A stretch of 64,000 bases of DNA from Naegleria gruberi (lineage: Eukaryota), in the NCBI GenBank assembly GCA_000004985.1, contig GG738850.1; one strand, given 5' to 3'. The stretch's first letter is position 1; each line of letters starts with the position of its first letter. A model generated the notes under the pieces. The model was not told the DNA's origin. It saw only the letters and a list, made by a program, of their open reading frames with translations, and did no database searches. A program made the position numbers and the translations under genes. Shown in pieces: positions 32,801-44,213 of this stretch.

Positions 32801-35343
32801 CTATTTTGAATGAGTAACCAATTTGTAAAGTAAGTATCAAGTGCTGTCTTGACTCTACCAGCAAGAGTTTCCAATTCTTGAAGAAGTGTTGGATGTTCAA
32901 CCAAATGTTGAGCATAATATTCACGATATTTCCCAATCAAATCTTGTGCAACAGCTGTTGACATGTTCAGAGATGGAAGACCTTCTTGATTATATGAATA
33001 AAAAGAAGAAACATCCCAGCCAAGTTTTGAATAAAATTGAAGAAGGTAATTACATTCAGTGACCAGTGGTGTGAAATAATGTTGAATTTCAACCATATTA
33101 CTCAAATTAACAGTATCCACTATTTGAGAAAGTAGATTTAAACCCGTTTCTGGTAAATTAAATGTTACATTTCTTTCTCCACAAGTTTGGAAAATATTTT
33201 GAAGTAAAATACCAGCTGTTTCTTTGTGAAGTGCAAATGCTGATCTTAACAACAAGTCAAAAGTGGTGAAAAGTTCGTTCAAATTTTGTGGTTGAGTTAT
33301 CGATATGGTAAAAAGTGCAATAGCCTTTGAAGTTGCAATTCTCATTAAAGTGAGTTCTTCCATATCTGAAACTTGTAACCTCATAGAGAATGTTTGTTTT
33401 TCTGCGTTATCCAATGATTTAGATCCATCATATTTTCTCTTAAGAGAATCTGTTGCTCCCCATCTATTAGAAATTGAATTGTAAACTTCTTCTGGTAAAG
33501 TCATTAATGAAAGGTCAAAATTATTTCCAACTGGAGTTGACATTAAAGAAGCCCAAGCACCAATATATCTCGCCATGATCGGTGTGAGGTAATCTTCTGG
33601 AATACGTCTAATGAAAGCTTCCCAAACAATCAAAGACTTTTCTACTATATTTTCTTTAGGATCCAAAATTAAATTTTGGAAAATAAGAGCAATAATATGT
33701 TTTAGCACATTTTCTTTAAGAATCCAAGAATTTGCTGTAATTTCAGTTCTTTGAATAAGCTCTTGAAGTGTTTCCAATGCTGACATTCTCACAGTTATAA
33801 TATTGTGTCTCAAGTATGGATATAATCTTGGTACCAATAAATGTAATCTATCTGCAAGAACAAGTTCATACATTGGAATGGAATATAATTTAGCTAATAA
33901 TGTCATTATACTTGCTGTTGAAGATGATAAATCATCCATATCAATAAGTGAATCCCATAAAATTGAAAAGATACCATTCACATAATTTCTATCCATTCTC
34001 ATAACATGTTCAGCAATAGGAACCAAACAATCAGCAGCAACTGCTTTAACATCATCGGCAGATGTAGACCCAGCTTCATCAGATAAACACATAATTATGG
34101 CAGGAAGAACCATTCCAAATAATTCATCTATTGCCTCTGTTCTAAGCGCAACAGCATATTTCAACCCCAGCAGTGCATTGTGTCTAACTTTCCATTCTTG
34201 ATCATGTCCCATAAGAATAACTAAATTTGTAATCACATGTCTCACTGTTTCACTATTAAGATATTTGAAAATTAAACCTAGAATTTGAGCTCCTGTTTCA
34301 GTAATTGGAGATATTGGTAAATCCGATAAATAATCTGTAAATTTGTCAAGTGCAAATAAACACAAAACTCTAACACAGCAATCTTCTAACCACAATTCAT
34401 TTGCATATTGTAAATTTTGAGTGAATATTGATTTACCAGCAGATTGAAGTTGTTCTGGTACTTTAAGAATTTCTCTAATTGCAATAGCTGCACCATGTCT
34501 TATTGTCCAAGATGAATTGAACAAATCAACTAGGAGACGTTCAGTTAAAATTTGGAATGGCCATCTTTCATGTTCAAACATATCAGATGTATCTACAGCA
34601 CTTTCAATCACTATTTTGTTTTCAGATTGTGGTTGTTCTGTAATGACTGTTTTCATTTTCTTAGCTTGTCTTTGATCTTCCTCGATTTGTTCATCAATAG
34701 ACTGATTATTTTGTTTCTTATTTTGTTTTTGCATGAATTTTTCTCTTCTTTCTTTTGCACTTAGGGGTTGACTGTTTACTTCTTCAGCTTCATGATTGTT
34801 TACAGGTTCCTTCTCAGTTGCACAAAGCAACAAGGATTGTTTTTCTTCAAATGATAAATATCCTAGACGCCCATAAATTTGACGTTTGTGAAATGCTAAT
34901 TTGTCTTTAGGTTTGAGGTGTTTAATTTGTTGTTCCTCATCGGGCACTGCAAGATTTGAACCATATAATGGTATTCCATTCTTTACTACATGCCTAATAT
35001 TAAAGTTGGCAAAACGGAATTTCTCTTGTTGTGTCTGGTAGTCTTCTTGTAATTTTTCATAATTTCGTACTTGTTGTTCTTGTGTTAATTCTTCCTTTTT
35101 AATATTTGCTTGTTCTGGTCTGTAGAGAGGAACATTTTGTGCAATAGCATTGATTGCTTCACCAGCAGCAGAACGTGTTTCCCAAGAACTTGATCCTAGT
35201 AAAACACTAATTTTGCTCAATACAGAAGGTATTTCGGCTTGATGAAATTTTGTTGCTTCTGCTATTTGTTTAGCAGCCGCGGATCGAACAGCAGGTGAAC
35301 CACTGTCCAACAGATTGAGTAATCTATCAAGACGAGAAGTCAT
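29893..35343 (-). CDS. TATA-binding-protein-associated factor Mot1/BTAF1 (N-terminal HEAT repeats plus C-terminal SNF2-family ATPase), intronless, about 1816 aa
   Basis: From the true ATG (reverse complement of 35341-35343) the N-terminus [30 protein letters not shown] matches Mot1/BTAF1. SNF2 motifs are present: [22 protein letters not shown] and [29 protein letters not shown]. Confidence 0.85.
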   Translation of the reverse strand: [1816 protein letters not shown]

Positions 35344-35828
35344 GTTGTATGACAACTAAAAACGATAAAAAGAAATATAAATTGTTTTGTAGGTTATGTG
35401 TTGTTTTATTTTTTTGCGGTTGGTTAGAGTTAATTTTGTTATTCTCCAACGCATGTTTCGGTTGTGTTCATTACAACCCGCAAAACCAATCAAAAACAGA
35501 CAACAAATAGTTACAATGAACTGTTTGTGCGCATTGTCCATACAAACAATGCAATTCGATAACACGATCAATTCAATCTAAACCAAATTTTTCAATGCTC
35601 AATTCAATACTGTTCTTGTAATTGGGAAAGAAAAACTCTATACTGAACATATTCTCTTTCTCTCTTTATTTAGTTTTCAAAAATAGCTTCAAGAACCTTC
35701 AATTAGAAGTATTTGACTCATTTTACACCCATGTTCACTCTGGCTTCTATTTTCTGTGGGGATTGCAAGCCTTGTTGATGTGGTGTTAAAAAGCCTTTGA
35801 TTAAAAATCAATAATTATAAGCAAAAAA

Positions 35829-38381
35829 ATGTCCCTACATGTGATGACTTCAAAGTCATCATCATCTGGCAAGACAACAACAAACAAATCATCATCTTTG
35901 TCATCAACAATTAATTCCGAAGATGAATTATTGAAAAAAGTATTTAAAGTTATTGATGAAAGTAAACAACAACAACAAAATTCAAGAGAATGTTTAAATA
36001 AGATTATGATTGATCATGAACATGCTTTATCAATTCAATTGGATAATTTAAGCGAAATTCAAACACAAATTCAATCGATTGAAAAGAGAGCAGTACAATT
36101 AGGAAAAACAATTTCCAATACATTTAAATTAGCTGAAGGAGTTAGTTCTAAAGTAAGACAATTACATGGTGTTCAAGAACGTGTACAATTAGCTATTGAT
36201 GCTGTTGAAGCAAGTATTGGAATGAAAAGTTGTGTTGAAGGAGTTGAACAAGCTATTAAAATTGGTGATTATGAAAAGGCTGTTGAATATGTCAGTCGAG
36301 TTTTACATATTAATAGTGATAGTAATAGAAGTAAATTAGCTTTACAATTAAATCAATCACAAAATGGTGATCAACAAGAAAGTGAAGATGAACAAGAAAG
36401 AAGAAATACTTTATTTAAGAAATCAGAAAAGAAAATCAAGGAAATTGTTTCTTCAAAGATGAAAGAAGCTTTGAGAGATGAAAATGAAACTCAAATTAAG
36501 AGATTTTCTAAATTATTTTCACCTCTATGTATGAATGAGGATGGTTTATCATTATATGTTGACTTTTTATCAGATAAATGCAGAAAGGAGCTTGAATCAC
36601 TTGTTCATGATAGTTTGGATAAAGTATCGGATTTACCAATTGAACTAAATGCTATTGAGGACGAAGTAGAAAGATTAACATATATTAGAAAACAACAACA
36701 ACAATATGTTAGTTTTATTGATATTATCACCCAAATTTTGGATATTATTGTATCATATATCGAGGATTGTGAAGATTTTGTAACAAGTAATTTTGGAGGA
36801 GAAAAATGTACTATATATTTGATTAATTCACTCCAACATGTTTGTGACAAGATGGTAAAAAAGGTTTTAGATGTTTATGAAAAAAAGAGAGAATTGAATG
36901 ATATTTTAACAGCTGTTTCTAAAAAACCTAATACATTACCAATCAAAAAGGATCTTAATACTAGTAGATCTCCTTCACCTGTTCCAAATTCTATGGAATC
37001 ATTTTTGAAACAAACAAAAATTAGTCCAGATGATCCAAGAGTTCTTGATCTTATTTTGGAAGAAATTGCAGAAATATCATCTAATATTGAAGTTTACAAG
37101 CAATTTATTGCTGGTAAATGTATTAATATTAAAACTGATGGAAAGAATGAAATGTATACTTTAACAAAAGAACCAATTATTTATAGAAGAATTCAAGAAT
37201 TGATGAGTTTTTATATTCCCATTGATATGTCCTTTATGAAACAAAGTTTTTTCAAAGCCATTCAATTGGGTGACACGAACCAAATTAGTTTAAATGCTAA
37301 TACAGACTTTTTTGAATCTGATAGTGAAGAAGAGGAAGAAAGCGATGAGGATGAAGATGAGTCATCAAAGTACTCTTCCATTATTAATGATGTATTTTTC
37401 ATTTTACAAAAGAGTCTTAGTAGAGCTATGGATTCTCAAAATGTTTCAGTAGTTTGTGCTATTGTGAATCATATTAATGGAATACTTGCCACTGATTATT
37501 TTGAATTTGTAAAGAAGGATGTTAGCCTGATATCTCTCATCCAATCAAATAATAAGGATGATTTTGTAAAGATTTTGGTACGTACTAATAGAAAGATTTT
37601 ATTTTTATTTACACATTGAATCAAGAAATCTTTAAACAATATTCAAATATCGAGTGAATACATTCTCAAGTTAAAGAAGGAATTTGAAAGAAGTTATGAA
37701 ATCAAATTCTTCAAGAACAAGAAGGCTGAACCAAACTCTCCAGATAGAATGAAATTGAAGAGTGGAGCATCTGATCTTGTTCAAACCTCAATCTTCTTTT
37801 CTGATGAATTAAGACGATACACTCAAAAAATGGTCAGCGCCAAGGAATATTGTTTGAGTTTAGAACAAGACATTAGTTTTTTATTGGATAGTGAGCTTAA
37901 ACATCCTGCAAATAGTATTGCTTTTTATAATTTATCAGAAAGCCAATTTGCTGCAAGAGAGCTTAACAATATATTCACTACCAAATTCATTGCAAATATG
38001 GAGAAGGTATTGAATGTATATAAGAAGTATTTAACCAAGTTTAATTTCGAGGAACTGGTTGAATTAGCTATTATCATTCTTTGTGACTATTTGGAAAGAC
38101 AAATCTTTGCTAAAAGATTTAGCTCTTTTGGAGGTTTACAATTGGATAAGGATGTAAGAGAGTTTATGGATTATTTCAGTAGCAAGACAGATAGATCTGT
38201 TAGAGACAAATTTTCAAGATTAACACAAATAGCTTATTTATTGAAAATGTCAGAAGTGGATGATATTTTGGAAATTTGGGAATCAGCTCAACATTGGAAA
38301 TTATCAGTTGGTGAGATTAAGAATGTTTTATCTTTGAGACTAGATTTCAAACAAGAACAAATCCACAACTTGTCCATTTAG
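35829..38381 (+). CDS. cog4: Conserved oligomeric Golgi complex subunit 4 (COG4). Two exons: 35829..37577 and 37626..38381.
   Basis: GTACGT donor at 37578 and ..gaatcaag acceptor at 37625 (48-nt intron). Both ORFs are in frame 0. The C-terminus ...LSLRLDFKQEQIHNLSI matches the COG4 C-terminal RIDF motif. Confidence 0.75.
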
Positions 38382-38456
38382 AATAAAATCAATAAAATGT
38401 ACAAGATTATCTTTTCTCCACCACTCACTAATCATATGAAATGATTGTGGAATAAT

Positions 38457-39092
38457 TTAACGTCTGTGATAACCTCCACCACCACCTCTATGAGAAGGTG
38501 GTCCCATATCTTCTTCCTTTGCAATTTTTCTCTCTGCATTCATCTTTTCGAAAAACATTTTACCACCATCATTTTCACTTTCATTAATCTTTGTATCAAA
38601 CTTAGGATGGGAAAATTTACAATTTGGACCTTTAGCGCAAAATCCAGCTAAATAATCTGGACAAGCAATTTTTCTTAAATGTTTTAATCTACAATCAGGT
38701 CCATGTTTACAAAATCCTCTTTCATACCAAGGGCATGTTTTAATTCTGTCTTCAGGTTTAATATGCAAAAAGATACATTCGACATTACTACATTCTCCAT
38801 ATTCAGAAAAGAAGTGACATTCTGGCATTTTACCAGCTTTGTATTGATGAAGAAATTCACATCCGTCACCTTTTTTACATAAACCTCTCAGCCAATGTTT
38901 ACATACAACTTCCTTTTCTTTCGGAGCTTGTCTTTTATCATGAGAATAACTACAAGCATCTCCTTTACGACATTGCCCTTTCATAAAAAATTTACAAATG
39001 GGTCTATCCTGTTCCCTCTCCTTCATATCCTCATCATCCAATTTATATTCAAAATTAAATTTTAGATCAAGTGTATCTTCAAGTCGCAGCAT
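38457..39092 (-). CDS. Cleavage and polyadenylation specificity factor 30 kDa subunit (CPSF4/Yth1), five CCCH zinc fingers
   Basis: Five C-x7-8-C-x4-5-C-x3-H fingers: ICKFFMKGQCRKGDACSYSH, VVCKHWLRGLCKKGDGCEFLH, PECHFFSEYGECSNVECIFLH, KTCPWYERGFCKHGPDCRLKH and IACPDYLAGFCAKGPNCKFSHP. ATG in aaaaaaaATG context. Confidence 0.85.
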   Translation of the reverse strand: MLRLEDTLDLKFNFEYKLDDEDMKEREQDRPICKFFMKGQCRKGDACSYSHDKRQAPKEKEVVCKHWLRGLCKKGDGCEFLHQYKAGKMPECHFFSEYGECSNVECIFLHIKPEDRIKTCPWYERGFCKHGPDCRLKHLRKIACPDYLAGFCAKGPNCKFSHPKFDTKINESENDGGKMFFEKMNAERKIAKEEDMGPPSHRGGGGGYHRR

Positions 39093-39308
39093 TTTTTTTA
39101 AAATTGTTAATCAAAAAAATTTTATTGTTTTTTTTAAAAATAGATACGAGTTAAAGTTAAATTGAGACCTTTTGATTCAATTTGTTTTGGTCAACTGAAG
39201 AAACAACAAATAACATTATTAAATCAAAAGGTTAGACAATAATTATATTTAATATACATAATTCATTTCACCTAAATTTAATTTGGGCTGAAATGAATAA
39301 ACCGTAGT

Positions 39309-40886
39309 TTACCAGTCATCGTCTTCATAGTCGCTTTCATTTTCATCTTCCTCATCTGAATCACCTGCAGCATTACCGAACTTTTTACTCAAAATATCAG
39401 CAACACTCATTGACTTTTCTTCTTCTTTTGGAGCTGCCAATTTTCTTTCAGCTACAGATTTCAATTTAGCACCAAGTCTGATATCTTCCAACAAGTTACC
39501 TCTACCAGTAGTTGCCATAACCTTAGTTTGAGCCTTACTAGCTTCAACAGATTTCATAATATCAATGTTACCTTCACCACCACTACTACTAGATTGTTGT
39601 TGAGGAGGAGGTGTAGAAACTACAATATTATTACTTGGAGGAGGTGGAACATTGATAGCACGAGTTGGAGGAGGTGGTACATTGGAAGGAGGTGGAGGAA
39701 CACTAAATCCATTATTATTATTATTAATTGGTGGAGGAGGAACACTATAACCACCATTATTACTGACAGGTGGAGGTTGTGGAACACCATATCCACTATT
39801 ACCACCAATTGGAGGTGGAGGAACAGTCTTTACAGGTGGAGGAGGAACACCATATACACCACTATTAATTGGTGGAGGAGGAACACTTGTATTATTGACA
39901 GGTGGAGGAGGAACACCATATCCTTGATTAGTATTGGTAGGAACAGGTGGAGGTTGTCTATAATTTGATGAGTCCATATAATTATTTGAGGAATTATTTG
40001 GACTATATTGTTCATCCATTCCACTTCCAACACTTGATGAGTTTGGAATTTCCATATTTCTTGTAGAGGCAGCTCTAGACAATGATTGACTTGAACCACT
40101 TTCAACCAATTGACCTTCAGAATTGTACTTTTTACGATGGATTTTCATTTGCTTGACTTGTTTCTTTTCAGCAGTTGCTGTTGCCTTTGAACGTTCAGAA
40201 CGAGCCTTCTTACGTTCTTCCTTTCTCTTTTGTTTGGCCTTCTTTAAACGTTCCAACTCACGTTTAGCCCATTCATTGAAGAAGAAATTAGAATCAGTAT
40301 ATGCTTCAATGCAAGTCTTGTACTTTGGCAATGTGTTGATTCCTTGTTGTTGTTGTTGTTGTTGTTCTGCTTGTTGTTGTGCTTCCTTTTCAGCTTGTTG
40401 TGATAATTGTACGTGAATTTGATCCAACAATGGAGAGAATTCAGGAGGAGGTAAACAATTATTTGTATATTGCCAATTCAATGGAACTGGATTGTTTTGT
40501 TTGGAAATGTTTTGATGATCCTTCTTGTACAAGACTGCTAAATTGGCTTCAGTTAATTCATACAATGAAGTTGAGAAGAGTAATTTAGAATTATTCTCAT
40601 GCATAAATTGTTCATATTGTGGAAGTTTGTTGTTAATTTGTTGAATACGTGTATTGAGAGCATTTAATCTGTCAAATGTTTCACGTGCTGATTCATTCAG
40701 AGAGTTGAAAATTTCAGAGGCAGTCAAGGCTAATGATGATAATTGGAAAAGAATACCATTCATTGAATTCATATTTCTACCTTGAAGTACATGTCCACTG
40801 ACACTACTACTTTCAATCAGTGAATTACCAGCATTACGATAGCCATAACTATCAAAATGTTCAAGTGGACGTTTAATGACCACCAT
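39309..40886 (-). CDS. SCAR/WAVE (WASP-family Arp2/3 activator): N-terminal WAVE-homology domain, poly-Pro region (GVPPPP x8), WH2 and acidic tail ending in W
   Basis: The N-terminus reads MVVIKRPLEHFDSYGY...ILFQLSSLALTASEIFNSLNESARETFDRLNALNTRIQQI. The WH2 is RGNLLEDIRLGAKLKSVAERK. The acidic C-terminus is DSDEEDENESDYEDDDW. Confidence 0.8.
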   Translation of the reverse strand: MVVIKRPLEHFDSYGYRNAGNSLIESSSVSGHVLQGRNMNSMNGILFQLSSLALTASEIFNSLNESARETFDRLNALNTRIQQINNKLPQYEQFMHENNSKLLFSTSLYELTEANLAVLYKKDHQNISKQNNPVPLNWQYTNNCLPPPEFSPLLDQIHVQLSQQAEKEAQQQAEQQQQQQQGINTLPKYKTCIEAYTDSNFFFNEWAKRELERLKKAKQKRKEERKKARSERSKATATAEKKQVKQMKIHRKKYNSEGQLVESGSSQSLSRAASTRNMEIPNSSSVGSGMDEQYSPNNSSNNYMDSSNYRQPPPVPTNTNQGYGVPPPPVNNTSVPPPPINSGVYGVPPPPVKTVPPPPIGGNSGYGVPQPPPVSNNGGYSVPPPPINNNNNGFSVPPPPSNVPPPPTRAINVPPPPSNNIVVSTPPPQQQSSSSGGEGNIDIMKSVEASKAQTKVMATTGRGNLLEDIRLGAKLKSVAERKLAAPKEEEKSMSVADILSKKFGNAAGDSDEEDENESDYEDDDW

Positions 40887-41263
40887 TTTTTTTAACTTTG
40901 ATCACTTGTTGATGATGATAACTCTTCACAAGAGAGAAAAACTAGTTAATAATTTTGAAAGCCACCAGCAGCTGTTGAATTTTTTTTTTAATGATGACTT
41001 TGTGCCAGTTGATGGTTGATTGATTTTTAGGCTTCCTCGTGGTGAAGAGTAACAAGGAAGAAGTGAGTTCACTCTTCAATCTATTGGGTAAAGTGTTACA
41101 ACTCTAACAAGAGCAAATCTGAAAAGTTAAGATGGTTAAACTTCTTTTAATTTCTTTGTTTCAGATATTATTTCCATTAAATACTTAATTGTTTGTTGGT
41201 GATTCTAATTAATTCACAAGTTCTTCATGAGAAACGAAATTAAGGTAAAAATAGTTCAAAAAA

Positions 41264-42091
41264 ATGTCTGTTTTCAATGATCTGGTTTCTTTCACGTTGA
41301 TAGATTTTTCTTTTGGCAACACTTCGGATCACCAACTTAAATTAACGGAAAAATACAAATTACTAACAATTCATAGAAGAAAAATTGAGGAAAATATTCA
41401 AATATTCATCAAAGCAGGAAAGATTAAAAACGAACTGAGAAATGATGAAGAATATTGTTTCAGAGTAGTTCAGATTGATGGAACTGCTTTGAGTAAAGTT
41501 AAATGTCAGAATAGAAAAATTGCATTGGCCGCTGTTCAACAGAATGGACATGCATATGTTTATTTGAGGAAGGAATTTAAAAAAGATTTGGAGATTTTAT
41601 TCGAAACTGCAAAATCCTGCTCTTCTATTATTGCTTGTCGAATACTTTCAGATATGGATTCAAATACTGACATGCCCATTAATGACAAGGTTTGCTTGGC
41701 AAGGTATTTCTTTCAGAACAAACCTGAGTATTCAACCTTTCTAGGTTATAGTATACCATTGTGTTTGAAATTAGAAAGAGAATTTATTTTGGAATTAATT
41801 AGTAATCATTTATCGATCATTCCCCCTTTTTTGATTTCATGTTTCAATAATGACAGAAATTTCATATTGGAAGTTTTGAAAAAATTCAAGCATCCAATAA
41901 GTGCCTATTTTATTCAAGGTTTGTCTACTGAATTGAGAAATGATTTGGAGGTTGTATCAGAAATTATTAAGAGAAATAGGGATTTAATTAAATATGTTCC
42001 TGAACTATTAAAATCCAAGTTAAAGATTTTTGAATCTGTTAAAGAAGATTACAATGCCTCAAAAAGGCTATCTCCACTCGATTCTTATTAA
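41264..42091 (+). CDS. DUF4116-repeat hypothetical protein
   Basis: Repeated units of the NRKIALAAVQQNGHAYVYLRKEFKKDLEILFETAK type are characteristic of DUF4116. Confidence 0.5.
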   Translation: MSVFNDLVSFTLIDFSFGNTSDHQLKLTEKYKLLTIHRRKIEENIQIFIKAGKIKNELRNDEEYCFRVVQIDGTALSKVKCQNRKIALAAVQQNGHAYVYLRKEFKKDLEILFETAKSCSSIIACRILSDMDSNTDMPINDKVCLARYFFQNKPEYSTFLGYSIPLCLKLEREFILELISNHLSIIPPFLISCFNNDRNFILEVLKKFKHPISAYFIQGLSTELRNDLEVVSEIIKRNRDLIKYVPELLKSKLKIFESVKEDYNASKRLSPLDSY

Positions 42092-42241
42092 ATTAATTCA
42101 TCCTCCAAACATTGTATCACCAGAAATAGTCCAGCTTTGGGCATCTATCCATTTCCCCTACGTTTTCCAAAGGTAACAATGTATCGACTTGATGATGTCA
42201 AGAGGTGCGAAACAGAAATAATAAAAAAAGAATTAAAAAAA

Positions 42242-43930
42242 ATGATGACGACTTTGCTGGCGAGAAAGAGACATCAACAATCATTCTTTCATCTCACTCT
42301 TCTCTTAATTTTAATAGGAGTGGTTGCTGTAGTAAAGTCTGAAATATTTAATTTTAAAGATTCTAAAGTACATTATGGATCATTCATAGTAAAAAGATTA
42401 TCCATTGTTACGGAAAAGAGAGCATCATCATCTTTTTTAACCTTGTCTAAACTCCGAAAGCCATCTCTCACTTTGGATTTTAATATTAATCATGAAGAAG
42501 GTGTAGATAATACAATGTTTTCTATGGTTGTATTTGGTGAAGATTTGCAAACATTATTTAATAATGCATCGGAGAATTATTATTCGTTGAGTAGTCTTTT
42601 AACTGATAAAGTTTGCGAAAATCATGTTGCCATATCAAAGAGATCACATTTAACTCGTTTCACTCATAGAATGCATGCAAAATATGAAGATTTTACAAAA
42701 TCAGGAATTTATTATGCAATTATTTTGAATTGTGACACTGATAGTAGTCAAAAGTCAATGACAATTACCACTGGTACTATCAGATACACTAATCCTTTTG
42801 GTCAATTGAGTGCTGAACAATATAGTAATCTTCCATTTTATGCTATCATGTCTATTGCTACGTTCAGTATTGGTATCATTTACATTCTTTCAGTTCTTGG
42901 ATTTGAAATTGAGTGCAAGAGACCTTTTGGAATTCAATTTATTAAGAAATTGTTATTCTGGAGAAAGGATACTACTAGGGAAACACAGGCTCCAAAGAAG
43001 AAACCAGAGAAACTTGTTGGATCTTATTCTATTATAGTCTGGATTTGTGTTGTACTTTTATTATTCCTCTTTGAAAATTCATTCTCTTTTGCCATGTATC
43101 AATATATTGATATGAATGGATTGAATAGTAACTTTTTATATACAGGAGCTTCATTATTCCACATGCTTAGAAAATTGTTCAGCAGAGTATTTATTTTATT
43201 GTTGTGCATGGGGTATGGATCTATCAGAGATATCATTGGAGGTGTCAAGTCAATTTTAATATGGACCTATGCTTTTGTTTATGCTATGGCAGTTATTGCA
43301 AGTGAATTGGTAGATATGCTTTTCATCAAAGTTCATTTAATGAGCCCATTTGTTGCCAGTATCCTATCAACACCAATCATTTTCCTTGATATCATTGCAT
43401 TCTTATGGATTATTGGTGAACTCTTCACACTCATGAAACAACTAAAGAGAAAGGGTCAAGGAGATAGATTAAGCGTATTTATTTCCCTCACAGTAACAAT
43501 TATTTTCTATTTTATTGCTACTGTTGGTTGGGTTGTTTACTCTTACTTTATTCTTGATAACTCTGATCAATTCCAATATGATAAGAGGTGGGAAACTAAT
43601 TGGACTGTTGGAGCTGTATGGTCAATTATATTTATGGTTGTAATGATTGCTATTATGGTTATCTTCAGAAAGAGTAACATTATTAAGGTCCAAAGATTAG
43701 GAATTGAAAAGGAACAAAAGTATGCCCAACTTTCACAAAATGATGACGAAGATCAAGATGTCAAACAAATTCATGAAAAGTTAGAAAATGAAGAAGAATT
43801 AGATGAAATTATTGACAGAAAAGTCCAAAAGAAGGAATCGGTTGACACTAAACGACCAGGTTTTACAATTGATGATATTAGTGAAGAGGAAGATGATGGT
43901 GATCTAGAAGCTGTTGTCAAAAACAACTAA
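42242..43930 (+). CDS. GPR107/GPR108-like (Lung 7TM receptor family) membrane protein: signal peptide, luminal N-domain, 7 TM segments, acidic C-tail
   Basis: The ATG at 42242 is in aaaaaaaATGATG context and gives a signal peptide MMTTLLARKRHQQSFFHLTLLLILIGVVAVVKS. Seven hydrophobic helices lie in the C-terminal half, including LLLCMGYGSIRD. Confidence 0.55.
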   Translation: MMTTLLARKRHQQSFFHLTLLLILIGVVAVVKSEIFNFKDSKVHYGSFIVKRLSIVTEKRASSSFLTLSKLRKPSLTLDFNINHEEGVDNTMFSMVVFGEDLQTLFNNASENYYSLSSLLTDKVCENHVAISKRSHLTRFTHRMHAKYEDFTKSGIYYAIILNCDTDSSQKSMTITTGTIRYTNPFGQLSAEQYSNLPFYAIMSIATFSIGIIYILSVLGFEIECKRPFGIQFIKKLLFWRKDTTRETQAPKKKPEKLVGSYSIIVWICVVLLLFLFENSFSFAMYQYIDMNGLNSNFLYTGASLFHMLRKLFSRVFILLLCMGYGSIRDIIGGVKSILIWTYAFVYAMAVIASELVDMLFIKVHLMSPFVASILSTPIIFLDIIAFLWIIGELFTLMKQLKRKGQGDRLSVFISLTVTIIFYFIATVGWVVYSYFILDNSDQFQYDKRWETNWTVGAVWSIIFMVVMIAIMVIFRKSNIIKVQRLGIEKEQKYAQLSQNDDEDQDVKQIHEKLENEEELDEIIDRKVQKKESVDTKRPGFTIDDISEEEDDGDLEAVVKNN

Positions 43931-44213
43931 ATAGTATGAGCATTATATTTAATTTATTGAGAATATAAAAAAACAATATTCAAATTAGAAGAGGATTGTA
44001 ATAAGAGTGTCCAGTGTGTTTGAATAATATCATTGTGAAAATCCTTTTGCATCATCGAAAGATTGTATTTCATGTTCACTTGTTCCATCAACACTTTGGA
44101 GCGAAGAGACACTTCCTTATCTCCTTCAAGTTCATAAACGGGTACAAGTTTTTTAAAAACTGTACGGTTTTTGGCGGTTTTATCAAATAACCTCAATAAA
44201 AAAAATAACGAAA

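Noticed and set aside
39528-40416. Antisense and alternative-frame ORFs (39528..39968 plus, 39620..39808, 39830..40105, 40123..40416)
   Set aside because: They are antisense artefacts of the SCAR proline-rich (GGNGG/CCNCC) coding repeats. They yield W/R or C-rich nonsense.
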